Shown piece after piece: positions 43,952 to 54,970 of a stretch of 64,000 bases of DNA. The stretch covers positions 21,067-85,066 of the forward strand of contig PLZG01000054.1 of NCBI GenBank assembly GCA_003152075.1, in the 5' to 3' direction. The notes beneath the pieces were generated by a model, which saw only the letters and a program-made list of their open reading frames with translations, was not told the origin of the DNA and searched no databases. The translations under genes and the position numbers were made by a program. How positions within the stretch are numbered: the first letter of the stretch is position 1; every line of letters starts with the position of its first letter. Source of the stretch: a candidate division FCPU426 bacterium (GTDB lineage Bacteria > Oederibacteriota > Muellerivitia > Muellerivitales > Muellerivitaceae).

Positions 43952-46900
43952 GTGAACAGCCGTATCTATCAAAATCCTATTGGTTTTTTATTCCGCCTCA
44001 TCCTCGTTTCCGGTTTGGGCTTTGTAATTACCGCCACGACCGCATCGGGCCAAATCACACTAACCAAATCGGTTAACGTGTCAAGCGCCTCACCCGGTGA
44101 CGCGGTCACTTACACCCTTTCCTATACCAACGCGAATGCCAACAGCACCTGCCCGGACAATTTCGAAGGTGACACGCTGGGGAATTTTCCCACGGGCTGG
44201 ACCCAATCCCAGGGGACTTGGTCGGTCGTCTCGGACAATGGGCCCACCTCGGCGGGAACCCAGGCCCTCCAGGGCGTGGCGGCGGCGAATAATTATCCCT
44301 ATCTCCTCAACAATTGCTCCACCCAGGTGGGGGACGGTTATATCCAAACCGACATGAAGATCGGCGCTGGCGGAACCCAAAACGGCGTTCTTCTTTTCCG
44401 TTTCAACGGCACAGGCACGGTGAACGGCTCGAATTACCAGGCCTTGATCGGGGTGGGCAACACCAACAACGTGTCGGAGGACTATTGGAACAACACCGCG
44501 GCCACTTTCAATACGGTCACCACGGGTAGCGCGGTGATCGCCGCGAACACCTGGTTCACCGCCAAATTCGAGGTTACGGGCTCGGGCCCGGTTACCCTAA
44601 AATTGTGGATCAACGGTACCCTGGCAGCCACAGGCACCACGGCTTTCGCCATTGGAACGGGGCAGGGTGGCCTGCAATCCAATAACAGCAGCACGGTCAG
44701 GTTCGACAACGTTTCCATCGTCAAGTATCCGCCCGCTTACAACGTGACCGTGACCGATACTCTGCCGGCGGGGTTGGCCTATTCCTCCTCCAGCGGTTCC
44801 CCAGCCGTGGCGGGGCAAAAGGTGGTTTGGACCTTGGGAAACCTTGTCGGCGGGGCCGCCGGAGCCCTGACCCTGGTGGGTACGATCAATAATTGCGGCG
44901 TCAACCTGATCAACACGGCTGAGGCGGATAGCGGGACACCCCAATTGGGCGTGAATTCCAACCCGGTAACAACCACCGTGATTGGCTGCACCCCGACGTC
45001 GACGAATAGTCCCACCTTCACCCTTACTCCCACCAAGACCGCCACGCCGACCCCGACCCCGACCCTGACGTCGACAAATTCCCCGACGTTAACCCCCACA
45101 AATACACCCTCAAACAGCCCGACGAGCACACCGACCAACAGTTACACGAACACTCCGACCGTTACCCCGACGAATTCGGCTACCAATACGTCATCCCCTA
45201 CGGGGACGAACACTCCTACCGGCACTCCAACGAAAACACCCACCAATACACCTAGCAACACTCCAACCAATACTTCCTCAAATTCGCCGACCAACAGTCC
45301 AACCACGACGCCGACCAATAGCCCAACGACAACGCCGAGCAATACACCGACCAATAGTCCTACGACCACGCCGTCCAACACCCCCACGAATAGCCCAACG
45401 ACCACACCTACCCAATCGCCCACGACGAGCCCCACCAATAGTCCAACCGCGACACCCTCTAATTCTCCGACCAATAGCCCCACCATTACCTCCACCAACT
45501 CCCCCACGGCCAGCCCCACCAATTCCCCCACCGTGACCCCTTCAAACACCCCGACCAATACGCCAACTTTGACGCCGACTAATACGTCAACGGCTTCACC
45601 GTCCAATACTCCTACGGGCACTCCGACTTTCACGCCGACGAATACGCCTTCTTATACCCCTACCAACAGCCCGACGGTGACGCCGACCACAACGCCCAGC
45701 AATACGCCGACCAATAGCCCCACGGCCACCCCTTCAAGCACACCCACGAATAGCACAACCACCACGCCTACCCATTCGCCAACGCCCAGCCCCACCAATA
45801 CCCCGACGTCGACACCCTCGAACACGCCGACCGAAAGCCCGACCATCACACCAACGTCTACCCCAACCAATAGCCCAACATTAACCCCGCCCAACACACC
45901 CACGCCAACCCCCACTATTACTCCTAGCTACTCACCTACTAATAGCCCGACGATCACTCCTTCCAACACCCCCACGAATAGCGCAACAACGACGCCTACC
46001 AATTCGCCCACGGCCAGCCCCACCCATACCCTGACCATGACTCCTTCGAACACGCCGACGGAAAGTCCGACAACTTCACCTACGTCTACCCCAACTAATA
46101 CTCCGACCTTGACGCCTCCTAATACGTCGTCCCCTACGGGGACGAGTACTCCTTCGGGCACACCCACCCCAACATCCACGAACAGCCCAAGCAATACGCC
46201 TACGAACACCCTCACCCATTCACCTACCCAAACCCCGACGCTTTCGCCGACCAATACTCCTTCCAATTCTCCGACCATAACTCCGACCGACACGCCCACC
46301 ACCACGACAAGTAATACTCATACTAATACCCCAACGAATACCCCCATTTCCACACCGACTAATAGCCCCACGACCACACCACCAAGCACTCCCACGAATA
46401 GCTCGACGACCACACCTACCAATTCGCCTACGGCTACCTCCACGAATAGTCAGACCGGGACACCCTCTAATACTCCCACCCATAGTCCGACGACTACTCC
46501 CACGAATTCACCTACCCAAACTTCGACAATTACGGCAACCAATACTCCCACCCATTCCCCAACCACTACGACGAGCAATACCCATACGAATACCCCGACG
46601 AATAGCCCCACTTCCACGCCGACTAACAGTCCCATCAACACGCCACCCTTGACCCCTACCCATACGTCGACGGCTTCGCCATCGAGTACTCCTACGGCCA
46701 GTCTGACCAGTTCGCCTACCTCAACGTCGACAAACTCGCCTACACTTTCACCTTCCAGCAGCCCAACGAATACCTCGGGCACCAGCACTTTCACTTACAC
46801 CAATACATCCTCTTACACCAACACTCCTCCTTTCACCCCCACGCCAACCTACACCGATACCCCGACCTATAGTTTTACTGCCACTCCCAGCCCGACCAAC

Positions 46901-47821
46901 ACATTACCGCCAGGAACCAATACCTATACGCCGGGGGGCACCAGCACCTTTACCTATAGTTACACTCCGACTTTCAGTTACACGCCGACTTATACCTACA
47001 CCCCCACTCTGACGCCGACCCTCACCCCGACTTATACCAACACCCTGCCTCCGGGGACCAATACCTACACCCCTGTTAATACGAACACCATTACTCCCTC
47101 CTACACTTCAACGCCGACCTACACTCGCACCATGACTTATACCCAGACCATTACCTTTAGCCCCACGCCCTCGGTAACGATAACTCCCGCCGTCACCGTT
47201 ATCGCCTCACCGGCCTGCGACCAGGAAGCCGTGAAAATTTTCGACGAGCGAGGGGAACTGGTCAAAACCCTTTGCGGTACCATGACCGCCCCCCAATCCG
47301 TGACCTTCACCTTCACGATGTCCCATTTCACGCCCAGTTCAACGGGGCAGGGCGGGACCCTCACCTTCTATGTAAACGGCCAGGCCATCGCCACTTGGGA
47401 CGCCACGGACAAGAATGGAAATAGGGTGCCAAACAGTTTCTACCACGTTGTTCTTGAACAAAGGGTTTTGGATGGGTCCCTGGCCCGACGGGAAAGGGAC
47501 ATCTTCATTTCAACCACCACCCAAACATCCGCCGTCCAACTTTTGGCTTATCCGAATATCGCCCACACCGGCGGTTCCATCAGCCTATCCGCTGCATTCG
47601 CGGGGAATCCGGCGGATAGCCGGAGCAACATTAAGATTTACGCAGTCAGCGGGGAACTGGTGAAAACAATGGAGTTGAACAGCGGCCAGGCTTCCTGGGA
47701 TTTGACCAACAGCCAGGGCTCGCTTGTTTCTTCCGGCGTGTACCTTATATTCCTGGATGGGGTGGACGTGAATACCGGTAATTCCGCCTCGAAGGTCATC
47801 AAAGTGGTTGTTCTGCGGTAA
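43952..47821 (+). CDS. Large secreted protein: split DUF11, beta-sandwich domain, ~750-aa Thr/Pro/Ser/Asn stalk, FlgD-like and CTD-like C-terminal domains
   Basis: LTKSV...PGD.VTYTL.Y.N / VTDTLPAGL; (TPTNSPT)n; AYPN..IKIY..SGELVK..WD..N..G..V.SGVY..KVVVLR. Confidence 0.88.
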   Translation: MNSRIYQNPIGFLFRLILVSGLGFVITATTASGQITLTKSVNVSSASPGDAVTYTLSYTNANANSTCPDNFEGDTLGNFPTGWTQSQGTWSVVSDNGPTSAGTQALQGVAAANNYPYLLNNCSTQVGDGYIQTDMKIGAGGTQNGVLLFRFNGTGTVNGSNYQALIGVGNTNNVSEDYWNNTAATFNTVTTGSAVIAANTWFTAKFEVTGSGPVTLKLWINGTLAATGTTAFAIGTGQGGLQSNNSSTVRFDNVSIVKYPPAYNVTVTDTLPAGLAYSSSSGSPAVAGQKVVWTLGNLVGGAAGALTLVGTINNCGVNLINTAEADSGTPQLGVNSNPVTTTVIGCTPTSTNSPTFTLTPTKTATPTPTPTLTSTNSPTLTPTNTPSNSPTSTPTNSYTNTPTVTPTNSATNTSSPTGTNTPTGTPTKTPTNTPSNTPTNTSSNSPTNSPTTTPTNSPTTTPSNTPTNSPTTTPSNTPTNSPTTTPTQSPTTSPTNSPTATPSNSPTNSPTITSTNSPTASPTNSPTVTPSNTPTNTPTLTPTNTSTASPSNTPTGTPTFTPTNTPSYTPTNSPTVTPTTTPSNTPTNSPTATPSSTPTNSTTTTPTHSPTPSPTNTPTSTPSNTPTESPTITPTSTPTNSPTLTPPNTPTPTPTITPSYSPTNSPTITPSNTPTNSATTTPTNSPTASPTHTLTMTPSNTPTESPTTSPTSTPTNTPTLTPPNTSSPTGTSTPSGTPTPTSTNSPSNTPTNTLTHSPTQTPTLSPTNTPSNSPTITPTDTPTTTTSNTHTNTPTNTPISTPTNSPTTTPPSTPTNSSTTTPTNSPTATSTNSQTGTPSNTPTHSPTTTPTNSPTQTSTITATNTPTHSPTTTTSNTHTNTPTNSPTSTPTNSPINTPPLTPTHTSTASPSSTPTASLTSSPTSTSTNSPTLSPSSSPTNTSGTSTFTYTNTSSYTNTPPFTPTPTYTDTPTYSFTATPSPTNTLPPGTNTYTPGGTSTFTYSYTPTFSYTPTYTYTPTLTPTLTPTYTNTLPPGTNTYTPVNTNTITPSYTSTPTYTRTMTYTQTITFSPTPSVTITPAVTVIASPACDQEAVKIFDERGELVKTLCGTMTAPQSVTFTFTMSHFTPSSTGQGGTLTFYVNGQAIATWDATDKNGNRVPNSFYHVVLEQRVLDGSLARRERDIFISTTTQTSAVQLLAYPNIAHTGGSISLSAAFAGNPADSRSNIKIYAVSGELVKTMELNSGQASWDLTNSQGSLVSSGVYLIFLDGVDVNTGNSASKVIKVVVLR

Positions 47822-47919
47822 AAAGGCAGGCAATCCGTAACCATAATTTTCATTGTGTTTCCTTATTTCCGTCAAACCTCCTAAATTCCCCTTGTAATAC
47901 AATGGTTTTAAAGTCTCAT

Positions 47920-47948
47920 GGAATAAAATCCCGGGTTCTCCCACTAAC
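47920..47948 (+). promoter_or_regulatory. Putative autoregulatory ECF promoter, module 2 (GGAATAA-N15-CACTAAC)
   Basis: Upstream of the second sigma gene; same motif at 54902. Confidence 0.78.
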
Positions 47949-47997
47949 AGTTGGAGCTAAATGATAGCCGGGTAAACCGATGGGTCATGGAGGGCCT

Positions 47998-48570
47998 TTG
48001 GAAGACCGGCAACTGGTTGAAAAACTGTTGGCTGGGGACGCGGAAGCGGAGCGCGTTTTTTTCCATGCCCACCGGGACCGCCTTTACAAGGCCTGCGTCT
48101 ATCTCCTGGGTTACCAGGATCCGGACGCCGAGGATGTGACACAAGAAGCTTTTATCGTGGCCTTACGAAAACTCCCGGAATTTGAGTTCCGTTCCAGCCT
48201 TTTCACATGGCTTTACCGCATTTGCGTCAATCTTTGTTACGAACGAATAGATAAGCGTTGGAGGCTTGTGTCCCATTTGCAAGAGGAACTGGAGGACTTG
48301 GCAGGCCCCCTTTCGGGAGACCGACAGGAAAGGGAAGAAGAAAACGCCCTTAGGAATAAAAAATTGGAATTGTTGGATGGCCAAAAGAAATTGCTGGGTG
48401 CCCCCTGCCGGGACCTGTTGGATTTGAGGGATGTCCAAGGGAAAAGTTACGCCGAGGTTTCAAAATTATTAAAGGTTCCGATGGGAACGGTGATGTCCCG
48501 TTTAGCCCGATGTCGGGAATCCTTGAAGCAACTGGTTATGCAGGCTTTGGAAGGCAAAAAGAATGGCTGA
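47998..48570 (+). CDS. ECF sigma factor (module 2), paralog of 19058-19624
   Basis: LGYQD.D..D..Q..F, KLPEFE.RS.L.TWL..ICVNLCYERI, GTVMSRLARCR; TTG at 47998 after GGAGGG (ATG at 47980 is an alternative). Confidence 0.95.
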   Translation: MEDRQLVEKLLAGDAEAERVFFHAHRDRLYKACVYLLGYQDPDAEDVTQEAFIVALRKLPEFEFRSSLFTWLYRICVNLCYERIDKRWRLVSHLQEELEDLAGPLSGDRQEREEENALRNKKLELLDGQKKLLGAPCRDLLDLRDVQGKSYAEVSKLLKVPMGTVMSRLARCRESLKQLVMQALEGKKNG

Positions 48571-49360
48571 TTTAATCGAAAAATTCTTCGAGAAAGACCT
48601 CGCCGAGGCCGAAAGGCAAGCTCTGCGTGAGGAGCTATTATCCAAAGATGGGGCCGCCGAAAAATTCGTGGAAAAAGCCGAGGCTTCCTATAAGGAATTC
48701 GGGTTGCCCGAACCGCGTTGGACAGGGCCGGATGTTTTCAGGCAATCCGCCGAACCGGGGCTTACACAATGGCTTTGGCTCTTTGTGCTCCTCGCTGGTG
48801 CCATTGGGGTTTCAATGTGGTGGTATTTCGCTAAAGGTAATCCAACCAACGAAAACTCGTTATCTTCCTTTGGCTCGGAACAAGCCGCGCCAATTGTTTC
48901 CCTTTCCCCCAAGCCCGTGAAAAAGAAACATGTCCCGGTTGCGAGTCAGCCTATAACTGTGGCTCAAATGCTTCCGGTGACAAAACTCAAAGCAAACGTT
49001 GAAGCGCCTCTAACGATCCAGCCTAGTTTGCCTGTCCAGGTTCAAACCACCTCCACTTTACCTTTGCTCGTCAGTCCCAAGTTTACACCGGTTAACGTGG
49101 ATCAAAATCCCAACAAGCCTTTTTCGAGCTTATCGGTGGTATTGCATCGGTCCACGCCGGGTTTCCTGAACGTACGATTGTTGGATTCGGCGGGGAGGGA
49201 GTTGGTGCCGCTTTATCGGGGTAATCTGCCTCCGGGCACCTGGGCTTTCGAGTGGAACGGTTTGTTAAAAGATGGCCGCTTAGCCCCGCCCGGCAAGTAC
49301 GGGATTGAAGTAAGGGCCGGCTCTTGGGCGCAGGTTAAAGAGGTTTTGATTCCAAAATAA
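48563..49360 (+). CDS. Putative anti-sigma factor with C-terminal FlgD-Ig domain
   Basis: MADL...FF..DL.EAE.Q.L as in the paralog; TM; LY.G.L.PG.W.F.WNG...DG..APPG.Y..EV. Confidence 0.82.
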   Translation: MADLIEKFFEKDLAEAERQALREELLSKDGAAEKFVEKAEASYKEFGLPEPRWTGPDVFRQSAEPGLTQWLWLFVLLAGAIGVSMWWYFAKGNPTNENSLSSFGSEQAAPIVSLSPKPVKKKHVPVASQPITVAQMLPVTKLKANVEAPLTIQPSLPVQVQTTSTLPLLVSPKFTPVNVDQNPNKPFSSLSVVLHRSTPGFLNVRLLDSAGRELVPLYRGNLPPGTWAFEWNGLLKDGRLAPPGKYGIEVRAGSWAQVKEVLIPK

Positions 49361-49412
49361 TTATTGGAGTGTATTGGGCATTTAACCATTTATATGGCGG
49401 AGGAGAATAGGT

Positions 49413-50696
49413 ATGAAAAAGAAAAATATTTTTATCCGGTTCGCTGGTTGCCTTCTGTTCGCGATATTTTTCCAGGCCTGCAGTAAAAATTTTAGTTTGT
49501 CACCCAACGCCCCATTGGGTGCGCCGGCGGATACTTTTACGCCAACCGGCACCGTGGGAACAATGTTCCTTACTTCCACTGTTCCCACGGCCACCAATAG
49601 TCAAACGCCTGTAATATCGCTCACTTGCACTTTAACGCCGAGCAGCCCGGTTTATTCCCCTACCCCGCAAATCACCTCCACTTCAACAGCCACTTTTACC
49701 ACTACCTCAACACTGACATTTACACCAGTTTCGACTCCCACCTTTACGCCCACTTACGGGCATTACAGCTGGGCCAAGGCGGCCGCTTCTTCCCCTATGG
49801 GAGCCAGGATGTTCGCGGGGAACCTGGTTTATAACGGAAAAATGTGGATTGTTGCCGGCGGAAGCCCTTGTGTAGTGGAAGGTTGGTTTAAGTCCGATGT
49901 CTGGTCCTCAACGGAGGGAGCTTCCTGGACCCGAGCCACTGGCACGGCCGCCTTCGGCGTCCGGGAAGCCGCAGGTTGCGTTGTGTTCAACAACAAAATG
50001 TGGCTTATTGGCGGTGACAATGGATACAGCTGTTTTAATGACGTTTGGTCCTCAACGGACGGCGCCAATTGGACCTCCGTTTTAAGCAACGCGCCCTTTT
50101 CGGCCAGGAGCAGTTTCGGTTGCGTGGTTTTCAACAATAAAATTTGGGTCATCGGCGGGGATCAAGTCGATGGACAAAATCCACAGGCTGATATTTGGTG
50201 TTCCTCGGACGGGGTCAATTGGAACTTGGCGGGGAACCTTCCCGATTCCCGGGGGGAATTTGGCTGTGTGGTTTACAACGGTTCTATTTGGATCATCGCG
50301 GGGCATGACTACGGTTATCTTCTCAACGACGTTTGGTCTTCCGCTGACGGCATCAATTGGAACGAGATCACCGCTGGGGCGCCCTTTGGAGACAGGACCT
50401 GGGCGGCAACGACGGTTTTCAACGGATCCATTTGGGTGGTCGGCGGGGCGAACAGCAACGCCTGGAACTATATCTCCAGCACCTACACCGATGCCTGGTC
50501 CTCTTACGACGGGGTCAACTGGACCCAACCTCCCACCTCGACGCCCTTTTATCCCCGCTTCGGCGCGGAAAGCCTGGTGTATAACAACGAACTTTGGATG
50601 ATCGGGGGGGCGTGGTTCGCCAACCCAAGCCAGGTTTGGAACGGTGTGGGCGTGTCGGGGGCCCTTTACTTGAAAGACATCTGGCATACACAATAA
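49413..50696 (+). CDS. Lipoprotein with Thr/Pro stalk and Kelch-like beta-propeller
   Basis: Lipobox FQAC; repeats R....VVFNNK.W.IGG...DVWSS.DG.NW. Confidence 0.88.
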   Translation: MKKKNIFIRFAGCLLFAIFFQACSKNFSLSPNAPLGAPADTFTPTGTVGTMFLTSTVPTATNSQTPVISLTCTLTPSSPVYSPTPQITSTSTATFTTTSTLTFTPVSTPTFTPTYGHYSWAKAAASSPMGARMFAGNLVYNGKMWIVAGGSPCVVEGWFKSDVWSSTEGASWTRATGTAAFGVREAAGCVVFNNKMWLIGGDNGYSCFNDVWSSTDGANWTSVLSNAPFSARSSFGCVVFNNKIWVIGGDQVDGQNPQADIWCSSDGVNWNLAGNLPDSRGEFGCVVYNGSIWIIAGHDYGYLLNDVWSSADGINWNEITAGAPFGDRTWAATTVFNGSIWVVGGANSNAWNYISSTYTDAWSSYDGVNWTQPPTSTPFYPRFGAESLVYNNELWMIGGAWFANPSQVWNGVGVSGALYLKDIWHTQ

Positions 50697-50764
50697 ATCA
50701 GCCCGGGAATTATTTTGAAGAGCAATGAATTTCAACCAATCTCATCGTGGACAAAGGTTTTGAC

Positions 50765-53461
50765 ATGAAAAAAATTGAAACTTTTTTCCTCAAAACCCCA
50801 GTTATTGGAACCATTACTCTTATGGGTTTAATTTTTTTGCAGTTGCTTGGTATAGAAATTTTCAAAAATTGGTTTAAGCCCTATCCTATTTTAAAGACGC
50901 AGTTGATTTCTCCCAATTCTGTGGCTGCCATGAAACGGGAATCATCCTACGGCCAACTTCCGCTTTGTTTTGAGCCCAACCAAGGTCAAACCGATCCACA
51001 AGTCAAATTTATTGCCCGAGGCAGTGGCTATAACCTTTTCTTAACTTCCGAAGAGACGGTTCTGGTTTTAAACCAACCGAATAAGGTTTCTTCGGACAAG
51101 TTGAAATTGTTTTGGCATTCCAAGGCCCATTCCATCCAGATGCAACCCCAAAACTCTACTGTTTTGAGAATGAAACTAGTCGGTTCTAATTCCCGCCCGA
51201 CTATGGAAGGTTTGGAAAAACTATCAGGTATCAGCAACTACTTCATCGGAAACGACTCGGCAAAGTGGCGTACTAATGTTCCCCAATACAAGAAGGTGGC
51301 GATGAAGAATGTTTATCCGGGAATCGATATGGTTTATTACGGCAACCAAAGGCATTTGGAATATGACTTCGTGGTAGCCCCGGGGGTAGACACGAAGGTG
51401 ATAAGACTGGCTTGGAATGGGCCTAAAGGGGCCAAAGTTGACACTAAAGGCAATTTGGTTTTTAAAACCAAAAATGGCCAAATTGTGTTCAAGGAACCGA
51501 TAATTTATCAAGTAAAAGACGGGGAACGAAAGATAATCCAGGGTCGATACGCCATGGCAGGGAATCATCAAGTTGGTTTCGAAGTGCGGGATTACGATTC
51601 CTCCCAACCTTTGGTTATTGATCCTCAATTGGACTATTCCACCTATTTGGGCGGGAGCGGAGAAAACTATGGTTTTAAAATTGCAGTGGACACAAATGGT
51701 GATGCGTATGTGACGGGATACACAAACTCCACTAACTTCCCCACGACGACAGGAACCTATCAGAATATTTTTGGTGGAACCTATGATGTCTTTGTGACCA
51801 AGTTGAATTCAATGGGTACGAGTTTAGTGTATTCCACATATTTGGGAGGAAGTAGTGAGGACTATGGCGAGGGTATCGCAGTAGACACAAGTGGTAATGT
51901 TTATATTACCGGGTGGGGCAATTCTACAAATTTTCCAACGACCTCCGGGGCTTATCAAACTACCTATGGTGGGGGGCCTTATACCACATTAATCACGAAA
52001 TTGAATTCAACCGGCACAGGTCTGGTTTATTCCACCTATCTAGGTGGAAGTGGCGAAAACGAAGGACACGATATTACTGTTGATTTATCTGGAAACGCCT
52101 ACATCACGGGCATTGCCTCTACTAATTTTTTAACAACGGTTGGAGCTTATCAAACCACTTATGGGGGCGGACTTTGGGATGCTTTTGTCGTGAAATTAAA
52201 TTCGTCAGGAACTGGCTTGTTTTATTCCACTTATCTGGGTGGAAATAGCGAAGACGAGGCATTTGGAATCGCCGTTGATGTATCTGGATACGCCTATGTG
52301 ACCGGAACTTGCGCCGCCACTTTCCCAACAACAGCTGGGGCTTATCAAACTGTGATAGGTGGATCTTATAACGCGTTTGTTGTGAAATTAAATTTGACAG
52401 GAACTGGCTTGGTTTTTTCCACTTATTTGGGAGGAATTAATCAAGACAATGGTTATGGAATTGCGGTGGACGCCAGTGGAAACGCTTTTGTAACTGGATA
52501 CACCTTTTCCCCGAACTTTCCCACCACCGCAGGTGCCTATCAGACGGTTTTTAGTGGTGTCGAAGATGCCTTTGTGGCCAAGCTGAACTCGACAGGGACC
52601 GGTTTAATCTATTCCACGTTTTTGGGAGGTAGCAGCCCAGGCAATGGTTATGGTATCGCGCTGGACACCAGTGGAAACGCCTATGTGACAGGGCAGACCA
52701 GCTCTACGAATTTTCCGATTACAAGTGGAGCTTATCAAACTACTAATAATGGGGGCATTAAGGCTTTTTTAACTAAATTAAATACAACGGGTTCAGCTTT
52801 GATTTATTCAACCTTCTTTGGTGGGAACGTGACTGATTATGGTAATGGAATCGCGGTTGATTCAACTGGATCCGCTTACATCACTGGATATACTGATTCC
52901 TCCAATTTTCCTACAACAGCTGGCGCTTATCAGACTAATTTGAATGGTTCATATGATGCTTTTGTAGCAAAGTTCGACGCTTCCGACTTTTACACGCCGA
53001 CCACTACTCCAACCAACACTTTAACCCATACCCCGACCAATACTCTAACGCCAACCATTACAAATACATCAACTCCTACAAGTACTTTGACCAATACTCC
53101 AACAATAACTTTCACCCCAACAATAACCCTGACTCCCACTTCTACACCCACCCCCAGCTATTTAGGCCCAAACCCACCAACACCCGGAACCTCCTTTGTT
53201 TATCCCTCGCCGGCCACGGGTGGGACGGTCAACATCGCTTATGACATGCAGGAAAGCGGTACGGTTCAAATTTTAGTTTGGAACGAGAGTGCGGAACTGG
53301 TGGCGGATATGAGTCGAAACCAATGGATCGGGACCCAAAAGATGAGCATTAACATCCAAGGTTGGGCAAGGGGTGTGTATTTTTACAAGGTCGTTTTTCA
53401 CTATGCCTCCGGCAAGGTCGAAAGACTCACCCCCGGTAAATTCCTGATTGGCTGGTGGTAG
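50765..53461 (+). CDS. SBBP-repeat beta-propeller protein with Thr stalk and CTD-like C-terminus
   Basis: FEPNQGQ, NYFIGND..KW, LEYDF.V.PG, repeats YSTYLGGS..D.G.GIAVD.SG.AYVTG.T.S.NFPTT; SFVYPSPA..GVYFY. Confidence 0.9.
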   Translation: MKKIETFFLKTPVIGTITLMGLIFLQLLGIEIFKNWFKPYPILKTQLISPNSVAAMKRESSYGQLPLCFEPNQGQTDPQVKFIARGSGYNLFLTSEETVLVLNQPNKVSSDKLKLFWHSKAHSIQMQPQNSTVLRMKLVGSNSRPTMEGLEKLSGISNYFIGNDSAKWRTNVPQYKKVAMKNVYPGIDMVYYGNQRHLEYDFVVAPGVDTKVIRLAWNGPKGAKVDTKGNLVFKTKNGQIVFKEPIIYQVKDGERKIIQGRYAMAGNHQVGFEVRDYDSSQPLVIDPQLDYSTYLGGSGENYGFKIAVDTNGDAYVTGYTNSTNFPTTTGTYQNIFGGTYDVFVTKLNSMGTSLVYSTYLGGSSEDYGEGIAVDTSGNVYITGWGNSTNFPTTSGAYQTTYGGGPYTTLITKLNSTGTGLVYSTYLGGSGENEGHDITVDLSGNAYITGIASTNFLTTVGAYQTTYGGGLWDAFVVKLNSSGTGLFYSTYLGGNSEDEAFGIAVDVSGYAYVTGTCAATFPTTAGAYQTVIGGSYNAFVVKLNLTGTGLVFSTYLGGINQDNGYGIAVDASGNAFVTGYTFSPNFPTTAGAYQTVFSGVEDAFVAKLNSTGTGLIYSTFLGGSSPGNGYGIALDTSGNAYVTGQTSSTNFPITSGAYQTTNNGGIKAFLTKLNTTGSALIYSTFFGGNVTDYGNGIAVDSTGSAYITGYTDSSNFPTTAGAYQTNLNGSYDAFVAKFDASDFYTPTTTPTNTLTHTPTNTLTPTITNTSTPTSTLTNTPTITFTPTITLTPTSTPTPSYLGPNPPTPGTSFVYPSPATGGTVNIAYDMQESGTVQILVWNESAELVADMSRNQWIGTQKMSINIQGWARGVYFYKVVFHYASGKVERLTPGKFLIGWW

Positions 53462-53530
53462 GAATAACATCAATTTTAAATTTTGAGTTTTGAATTAACG
53501 GATTAAACCGAGAGGCAAAAGCAAAGAACA

Positions 53531-54835
53531 ATGATGAATCGAAATTCGTCTGAATTTATGGCAATCACAAATTTGTTGGTTCTGACGACGGTTGGCTTGC
53601 TTCACGCCCAACCCTCGTCTTTGTTACAGCCGTTGGATGACACGGGCGGGTCGGCCAGGGCCGCCGCGATGGGGTCCGCTTTTGTGGCGGTGGCGGATGA
53701 TTCCTCGGCATTGTTATGGAATCCGGCGGGATTGGGAAAACTTCAAACGGGCCAACTGGCTCTTCATCACAATTCCTGGTTGGTGGATACCCTTCAAGAA
53801 TCCTTTACCGTTGGTATACCCATGGGAGATGCCGGTGGCATTGGAGTCATGGCGACTTTCCTGGATTACGGTACTTTCCAGGGACGGGATCCCAATGGAG
53901 CGATTACTCCCAATTACAACGCCAACAAATGGGGTTTCATGCTGGGGTGGGGCAAGGAATGGGCCCCTGGGTTTTCCGCTGGTTTGGCATTGCGAGGGGG
54001 TTTTCAATCGGCCTTGGGCAACTCCTACAGTTTGTGGAGCGGCGATGTGGGCTTTTTGTATAGCCCAGACCCCCAATTGCGGTTTGGCGCGGCCCTCGTT
54101 AACTTTGGGGGGAACCAATCCGGGGGATGGGTGGCTTCCGCCATTCGGGCGGGAGTTTCCTATAAACCAGAATGGAAAGGCCCCCATGGTCTTTTGTTTT
54201 CGTTGGATGGCACAGTGGAACCCCAAGGGGTAAATCGCGTGGGGTTGGGAGTCGAATACTCGTTCCAATCTAAATATTTCCTTCGGGCGGGGTACCAGGT
54301 TTACGAACAGAACAACGAAATCCAAGGGCTTCAAGGACTAACTGCCGGGGCTGGTATCCAATGGAATGGTTTTGAGTTGGACTATGCCTTCCTACCTTAC
54401 GGGGATTTGGGAACTTCTCATCGTGTTAGTTTGAGTTATATGTTTCCCTCTTCAAAAGCTAATTCCCAACCTGCCGTGGGTTCTTCAACAGCTTCCCCCA
54501 GCCTGAGTGGCCCTCCGATTACTTTTAAGCCGGAGCCGGGGTCGGGGACTAACAAGAATACTTTGACCCTCCAATTTGACATACCGCCCGATTTTGTCGC
54601 CCAAGGCCAAACCTTAGAAGCCCAGGGGCACCGGGTGGAAGCCATGCGGCTTTATCAAGAAGCCATTATTAAGGACTCTCAAGACTTGATGGCATGGGAG
54701 GCTTTGGGAATGAGCTATTACCAATTGGGACAGAAAGTTTACGCAATTCAGTGTTTTGAGCAGGTTTTGAAACTTCGGCCTGAGGATAAAGCCTTTTCCA
54801 GTTGGTTTGAGAAATATAAGGCATCCACCCCCTGA
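53531..54835 (+). CDS. PorV/PorQ-like outer-membrane barrel with C-terminal TPR (paralog of 17630-18994)
   Basis: GGSARAAAMGSAFVAVADD.SAL.WNPAGL, LDYAF.PYGDLGTSHRVSL, AIQCFEQVLKLRP. Confidence 0.9.
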   Translation: MMNRNSSEFMAITNLLVLTTVGLLHAQPSSLLQPLDDTGGSARAAAMGSAFVAVADDSSALLWNPAGLGKLQTGQLALHHNSWLVDTLQESFTVGIPMGDAGGIGVMATFLDYGTFQGRDPNGAITPNYNANKWGFMLGWGKEWAPGFSAGLALRGGFQSALGNSYSLWSGDVGFLYSPDPQLRFGAALVNFGGNQSGGWVASAIRAGVSYKPEWKGPHGLLFSLDGTVEPQGVNRVGLGVEYSFQSKYFLRAGYQVYEQNNEIQGLQGLTAGAGIQWNGFELDYAFLPYGDLGTSHRVSLSYMFPSSKANSQPAVGSSTASPSLSGPPITFKPEPGSGTNKNTLTLQFDIPPDFVAQGQTLEAQGHRVEAMRLYQEAIIKDSQDLMAWEALGMSYYQLGQKVYAIQCFEQVLKLRPEDKAFSSWFEKYKASTP

Positions 54836-54901
54836 GAAAAGTCGGCCTTCTGATCCATTCGCTAACCCCTTAAAACCTTATTTTTAGCCCTCATTTTCAA
54901 G

Positions 54902-54930
54902 GGAATAAAACCGAGCTTTCTCCCACTAAC
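54902..54930 (+). promoter_or_regulatory. Putative ECF promoter, module 2 (GGAATAA-N15-CACTAAC)
   Basis: Shares GGAATAAAA and TTCTCCCACTAAC with 47920-47948; 40 nt before the ATG at 54971. Confidence 0.78.
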
Positions 54931-54970
54931 TCATGAGACTAAAAAACTTTTAAAAATTTAGGGGTCCATT

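Noticed and set aside
44985..47200. CRISPR-like or tandem array
   Set aside because: Degenerate coding Thr/Pro repeats; no fixed repeat-spacer pattern and no cas genes
53461..53490. GGAATAA before the second porV-like gene (also at 28271)
   Set aside because: No matching -10 element at 15 nt
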